A stretch of 56,684 bases of DNA, counting the filler, from Platydemus manokwari (lineage: Eukaryota): the NCBI GenBank assembly GCA_037951405.1. It is 5 parts of 5 records of this genome, joined end to end, with 100 filler letters (N's around TTAATTAATTAA, not from the genome) between each part and the next. Parts side by side here need not be neighbours in the genome. Positions count along the whole stretch, not along the records: positions 45,528 to 56,684 come from JBBMOY010867755.1; 4 more parts are not named here. One strand, given 5' to 3'. Below, piece by piece: positions 51,331 to 56,684 of the stretch; position 1 is the first letter of the stretch, and each line of letters opens with the position of its first letter. Below the pieces are notes generated by a model, which was not told where the DNA came from, did no database searches, and worked only from the letters and a program-made list of their open reading frames with translations. Made by a program: the position numbers and the translations under genes.

Positions 51331-51836
51331 TGTTGGGTATAAATTCTGAATTACAAAATAATTGGTGACTCCAAAAATCGAAGATTGTAATCTTCTTTTC
51401 CAAATCTCGTACTAATCAGTACAACTCAAAGTATCACAAAATCACAACTAAAACTTGACTTTGAGCTACACGCGTACTACTCATTACGACTCACAAATTT
51501 AATACAATGCATCAATAAACACAACCAAAACTTTGGCTTCCAACTGGCAGTTGGCCATTTTTACATAGTTATTTAAGCTTAAGATGTATATATAATTTTT
51601 GCAACTCTTGTGATTTGATCTTTGATTTTCCACGTTTGTATTGGGCTTCTTGTGTGTTGTGTGTGTGGGATTGGACAATTCCTGTGTGTCTTGTTATCGT
51701 TTTCCATCTAACTCAGTTGTGATTGGTTGATTGCCATGCCTGTTTGGTTGAGAAGGTATGTGAGTGTTTAAAGTGCTAAAACAAGGGTTCCAAGGTACAA
51801 ATCCACTTCTCTTTTGCAAGATTTAGTCTCTCAATA
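51331..51836 (-). mobile_element. Solo LTR (506 bp) with ATAT target duplication
   Basis: TGTTG...CAATA ends, with ATAT at 51327-51330 and 51837-51840. The reverse complement shares tgtaaa.atggccaactg..agttggaagccaa.gttttggttg and agttagatgg.aaacga with the 50272 copy. Confidence 0.8.
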
Positions 51837-54130
51837 ATATGTAAATATATAAAAATCAATTAAGTTTTAAATCATTATTTTCAAAATTACATTTAGTCCA
51901 TCTTTAATTATAACGATTCGGATTCTTATAATAATTTTGCATGTTATGTAACAATATTTATAATTATTTGTCAAAAAGTTATTACAAAAAATTATTTCAC
52001 ATTAATTCCATTCAGCAGAATTCAATATCCTCAAAATCCATACAAATGTTAACAGAGTTTTGAAAATATTTAATAAATTTTCTTTTCTTAAAAAGAAGAA
52101 AATATCATGATTTTATATCAATAAAAATGCACGATGATTTTCATAGAATTTTAAGAATCACTACAAATTCAATATCAATGAGAAAATCGAATTCGTTAAT
52201 TAAAAGTATTAAAATCTTAGATTAAAAAAAATTTCGAAATTAAAAGATAAGAAAAGACTTCGTGATTAAAAGTAATGCAGATAATATCTTATTTAATTTA
52301 GATATTATCAATGTGATACAATATCCAGAAGGAAATGATATCTATATATGTTTTCTATATATTGCTATTTTTTCAAATTTTAAGAAAAATATGTACGGAA
52401 TGAGTCCTTCAATTCAAAAATGGTTCAAAACATATTTTTCAACTTGAAATCGTTAACAATGTTAAAGAAATATAATTATCATTAGCGGTTTGTTTTTTGA
52501 TGTTATTATAAGGTGATTTATAGAAATTTAATCCCATGGTTTTTCATTTTCATAAGAAGATTTTCAATTGAAATTGAGGGTTTAAATTTTGTTTCCTTAT
52601 TTATACTAGTTCATTTTAATTACAATATAACGAAAAATGTTTTAAACAGAATAATACAAGATTACTTATAATGGATGATTGAAAATTATGATTGATGCTT
52701 TGGTGTAAAACCGTACGTTGGTTTGCAAGCTTGAAAATGCCAGTGAATCTACCAAATTGTCTTTCATACTGGATGTATGATGTAAAAATATTCAAGAAGT
52801 AAGAATAAAATCTCATTTTCCAAAATTATTATAATAATTTATTTCATATCTCGACAATTGCCTTCGATTTTATTAATAAAAAATTAACTAACTACTAGCA
52901 ATTCCAATCAATCATTGAGATTGGCTGATCATGCAAAATGTTGGCATACATATAATGGTAATGGATGATCCATAGATAGAAGATTCATAAGTTTAGACAT
53001 TTTTATAAGAATATCATTTGTTTATTGCTAAATAGTTTTCTATATTCGGCATCAGAAACATTCAATATTGGATAATTAGTTCAATGAATGTGTTTTCTCA
53101 TTGATACTGAGAATTTTGAAACTCTATATTTGAATATTTCATAATATTGCATTTCTTATTCTTCCGGTACATTGTTAATGATATTAATGATAACTGAGCA
53201 TACTCATCAATTATCTACACGGAATCATTTTCCAAATACATCGATAATATTGATCTTCCAAAAAATAATTCGCAAATAAAAGAAAATGTTTGCTGGTTTT
53301 TGAATAATTTATACAATTACCAAAATATCATTTTAAATATCATCAAATTATTAGACGAAATTTCCCATGTAAATTTCAACCCATGATATTTGTTGATTGA
53401 GACGATTATAATCATCATAAGATAAATTCTTTTGCATTTAATATAAATTTCCATTAAGATGTAATTACTCTTATAAAATAATTATTCTAATTATCGTGAG
53501 TAATAATAAAAATTATTATTATTATCATCATCAAATCGACTTACATTAACCCAGTAATTTTCACTGTCATACTTATTTAGATCAGTTGTATACAAAACTT
53601 CTACAAACGTTACGTTTCATAAAATCATCAATGAAAACATCAAGCCATCAATTACAATCCCAGAACAGAAATTACAACTAGATTGATTCAATTTCACGTA
53701 ATTTGGCTCTCCAAAAATCAACAAAGCCGAATTGGTCCATCATCGGTACCAATAAAACAAAAGCGGCATTTTAAAAATATCAAGAAGACTATAATTAATA
53801 AGAAAACAATAGAAATGATTAAGTTAAACAATTATACAAAAATACTTTAGTTAAATAACTAAAGGAACAATTATTATTTTATTTAATGGTAGAACCGTCG
53901 TTGTAGCGGCAATGGTAATTGAAAAACAATTTATCCTATAATTAAAACTAAAACACATGTATAAAAAAATAAATAAGTCCAGTAAATCTTTACAATCAAC
54001 ACATGTTCTATACACGTCAAAACATTTGACGATTTAAACAATAAATTTAATAGAAAACACCAAGATATTATTATTATTTGGTTTAATTACACAAAAATTT
54101 TAAATCTTCCAGTCTACAAATTCATCATCA

Positions 54131-54340
54131 CTAATTTACATCATCAACATCACTGTTGGAATTTTTCGTTGATGATTCGCTGCTCTCCGAATGGTCATCT
54201 GGATTATCGCTATTGTTTGGTGAATTAAAATTTCCCTGACATTCACAGGGAAAATCTTTGTTTTCGTTAATATATAACAAATTTGGCGATTTCCTCTTTT
54301 TATTGGTATTCGTTCGTTTGTTGTCACCTGTGTGTTTAGA
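54131..54340 (-). CDS. Isolated exon-like segment, acidic, with an NLS-like KKRK
   Basis: A strong acceptor (tcctttttcAG) is followed by 69 open codons SKHTGDNKRTNTNKKRKSP..SESSESSTKNSNSDVDDVN* (or a GTAAAT donor just before the stop). No homology recognised. Confidence 0.3.
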   Translation of the reverse strand, partial: SKHTGDNKRTNTNKKRKSPNLLYINENKDFPCECQGNFNSPNNSDNPDDHSESSESSTKNSNSDVDDVN

Positions 54341-55786
54341 CTGAAAAAGGAGAATTTTAAATTTTTTTTAATAATAAAAATAATTTTTGAAAAATGTATT
54401 GAGGATTATTTTAGGCACAATGGATACGGTAATATAAATATTACTATGGTGGTATCACTATCTAACTATAGACAATTCCATTAGTTAATCCATCAATCGA
54501 CCGGTTTACGTAGTCCTTTCTACTTATCAGCATCGGATAGGATAATGAATACACAATTTCACAAAAGCTCATGAGCAATTTACTCAACTTCATCATAATT
54601 TACTCCTTGCCTGTAGACATCTATTAGGATTGCATTCTTGTTCCATATCAGAATAATACTCACAGATTACTGGTTAGAAAATTATGGAACACTTATAATT
54701 GCATACAAACACAGGACACCAATCCACAACATTACATAGAAAATAATTGCTTATCTAAACACAACGATTCCCTAAAGTAACAAAATTAATTACAGTGAAA
54801 AGGAATTAAAGTCAAATTCAAAAGAGATAAATTGATTTGATTAAATATTAGGATAATATTTCAAAGAGAATATAATGCTTGTCAAGTTGAGTCGGTACTT
54901 ATATATGTTCAAATGTATTGAAACAAAAGGTTATTGTGAGACAGATTTTGGAAAATTTTGCCACAAAACACTGGAAATATTGAACTTGGGTCTAACAATC
55001 ATAAAAATGCCGAACACATTTCAACAATAGGAGATAAGAGCATAAACATCTCAGTAGTAATTAAGCAAAACGAGACACTAGTTTTAGTTTTTATGTATTA
55101 AAGATAATAAATATAATAAATGAATATGGCGGTGAGCTTTGGTGATAAGTTTGTTTCACTGATTTAAATATGAGAGTTGTCGATAAAGAGTTAGTTGGCA
55201 GAATTTCTTCATTTTTAATATTTAAATCTAAAGCCATATTTACAGCAGAACAAAAAATCTATTAGTCAATACATCAATTTTCAAAAAAATTTTAAATATG
55301 ATATTGAAATTTATTTCAATTTGATTTGGCTTCATTTTTAATTTAAATATAAAAAATGCACATATTTTCATATTACATCTTTATATTTTATTTAAAGATT
55401 TAAATTTTACTTTCAATAATTTTAAAATTGAGAGTTTAACAGTATTTTATTAAGCAGGATCCTTTTATAAATATTAACATGCTGTATTAAGTTTTAATAT
55501 AATTTTTTAAAAATATCTTTTGGTTGAATTTTTAATAATTTTAATCCTATGTAAATTTTAATTTTTATCATATTTTTAAATAAATCTCACCAAGAGAATG
55601 AATGCTCGTGGTGAAGGTTGCAAAGAGATCGACAAAAGTAGAACCAATGATTTTTGTCTCAACTAATTCTCTATTTACAAGAAATTGTTCCATGGACATT
55701 GTAGATTTGCTGGAGTTATGATACAATAGCAGAAGATTAAATCAACATACAACAAAGGAATATTTATTTGACAAAAAGTAATGCAG

Positions 55787-56211
55787 TGTCGAGTGAGATG
55801 AAATTCTTGCACCCTGGAACCCTTGTTTAAACATTTCCATGCCTGTACAACCATACAGGCATAGCAATCAGCCAATCATAGTGAAGTTAGATGGTAAACG
55901 ATAATTGGAAAAAGAGGCAAAGCTACACAACAAAGCACACATCGAGATTGACCAATCCCACTCAAGAAAAACTTAAAAACTCAATAAGAACATGGAAAAG
56001 CAAATATCGAATGAAAATATGATACAACATGGCAGAAAAATTACACATAGATCTTGAGTATAAATATCAATGTAAAGATGGCCAACTACCAGTTTTGGTT
56101 GATATTTTGTACAACATAGTTTGTGTAAATGTACGAATTAGTGTAGAAGAAAACATATTATTAGCCTTCTATTTTGGAATCAGAGTTTGATTAATTGTTG
56201 AGGACCCAACA
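55787..56211 (+). mobile_element. LTR copy (425 bp) of the 50272 family
   Basis: TGTCG...CAACA ends and clear end-to-end alignment with 50272-50718. No TSD. Confidence 0.8.
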
Positions 56212-56239
56212 AATAAAATGCAGATGAATATATTTTTAA

Positions 56240-56684
56240 TAATAATCGAATTCGATTTTTTCAACATTAATAGAACTTGATGATAAAAATCGGGTTGATA
56301 AATATATGATATTTGTGCAACAATTTTTATTTCAAAGCGACCGAATAACAGAGAGACAAACTCAATGTTAAATTTATGATATGGTATTATTTTTACTATG
56401 CCACATACAAATATCAGTAAAACTCCATATAATTTATGTAGAATGTAATACACCTGTTTGCAAATCTCGCGGAATGAAAATAATTCCGAAATAAAGAAAA
56501 ATAATTCGCAAGAGAAAACCATAGCTTTTGAATCAAACTTGACAATTCTTATAAAATCAAAATCTGAATAAGTAATAAGGACATTAATAATATTACCACC
56601 ATTTGAAGATATTATTAGGTTGTTGGGAAAATAATGGCCGTTTTTGCATTGCATATTTAAACTGTTAATATTTAACTAAAATCA
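56240..56684 (+). pseudogene. Decayed coding-like fragment, possibly another UBR-like paralog
   Basis: Plus strand gives STLIELDDKNRVDKYMIFVQQFLFQSDRITERQTQC*..KKNNSQ..LIILPPFEDIIRLLGK*. It shares aaaaataattcgcaa with 53262, which sits in similar decayed sequence. Confidence 0.25.

Noticed and set aside
50272-56211. One full-length LTR retrotransposon bounded by the two direct repeats
   Set aside because: The left copy has its own ATAT TSD, the two copies are clearly diverged, and there is no PBS, PPT, gag or pol between them.
56169-56654. 161-aa minus-strand ORF as a real gene
   Set aside because: It runs into an LTR, has AT-noise composition, and is antisense to coding-like decayed sequence on the plus strand.

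Overview
Very AT-rich eukaryotic (metazoan-like) genomic DNA. It is not a prokaryotic locus. The window is five contigs joined by four identical artificial 100-bp spacers (44 N + TTAATTAATTAA + 44 N), so adjacency across them is unproven. Two complete multi-exon genes could be rebuilt by hand with consistent GT-AG phases: DNAAF3 (PF22, axonemal dynein assembly factor; minus strand, 12 exons, 470 aa) and SMG5 (NMD factor; plus strand, 17 exons, about 1021 aa). Also present are the terminal exon of a three-finger C2H2 zinc-finger gene with a six-copy QMFxVSS repeat tail and a probable DUF1330-like gene. The rest is mostly decayed mobile DNA: about nine LTR or solo-LTR copies (two with exact ATAT target duplications), a truncated Ty3/Gypsy element (LTR, PBS, gag), a piggyBac deletion derivative, two hAT MITEs, and several non-LTR RT, endonuclease and ORF1 relics. 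The best leads are a set of decayed, divergent UBR1/2/3-like (N-recognin E3 ligase) fragments at both ends of the window, phase-compatible cryptic exons in DNAAF3 intron 5, and an RFX X-box-like site in an LTR promoter. I cannot claim a proven new system. All homologies are by-eye recognition against remembered family sequences, not search results.
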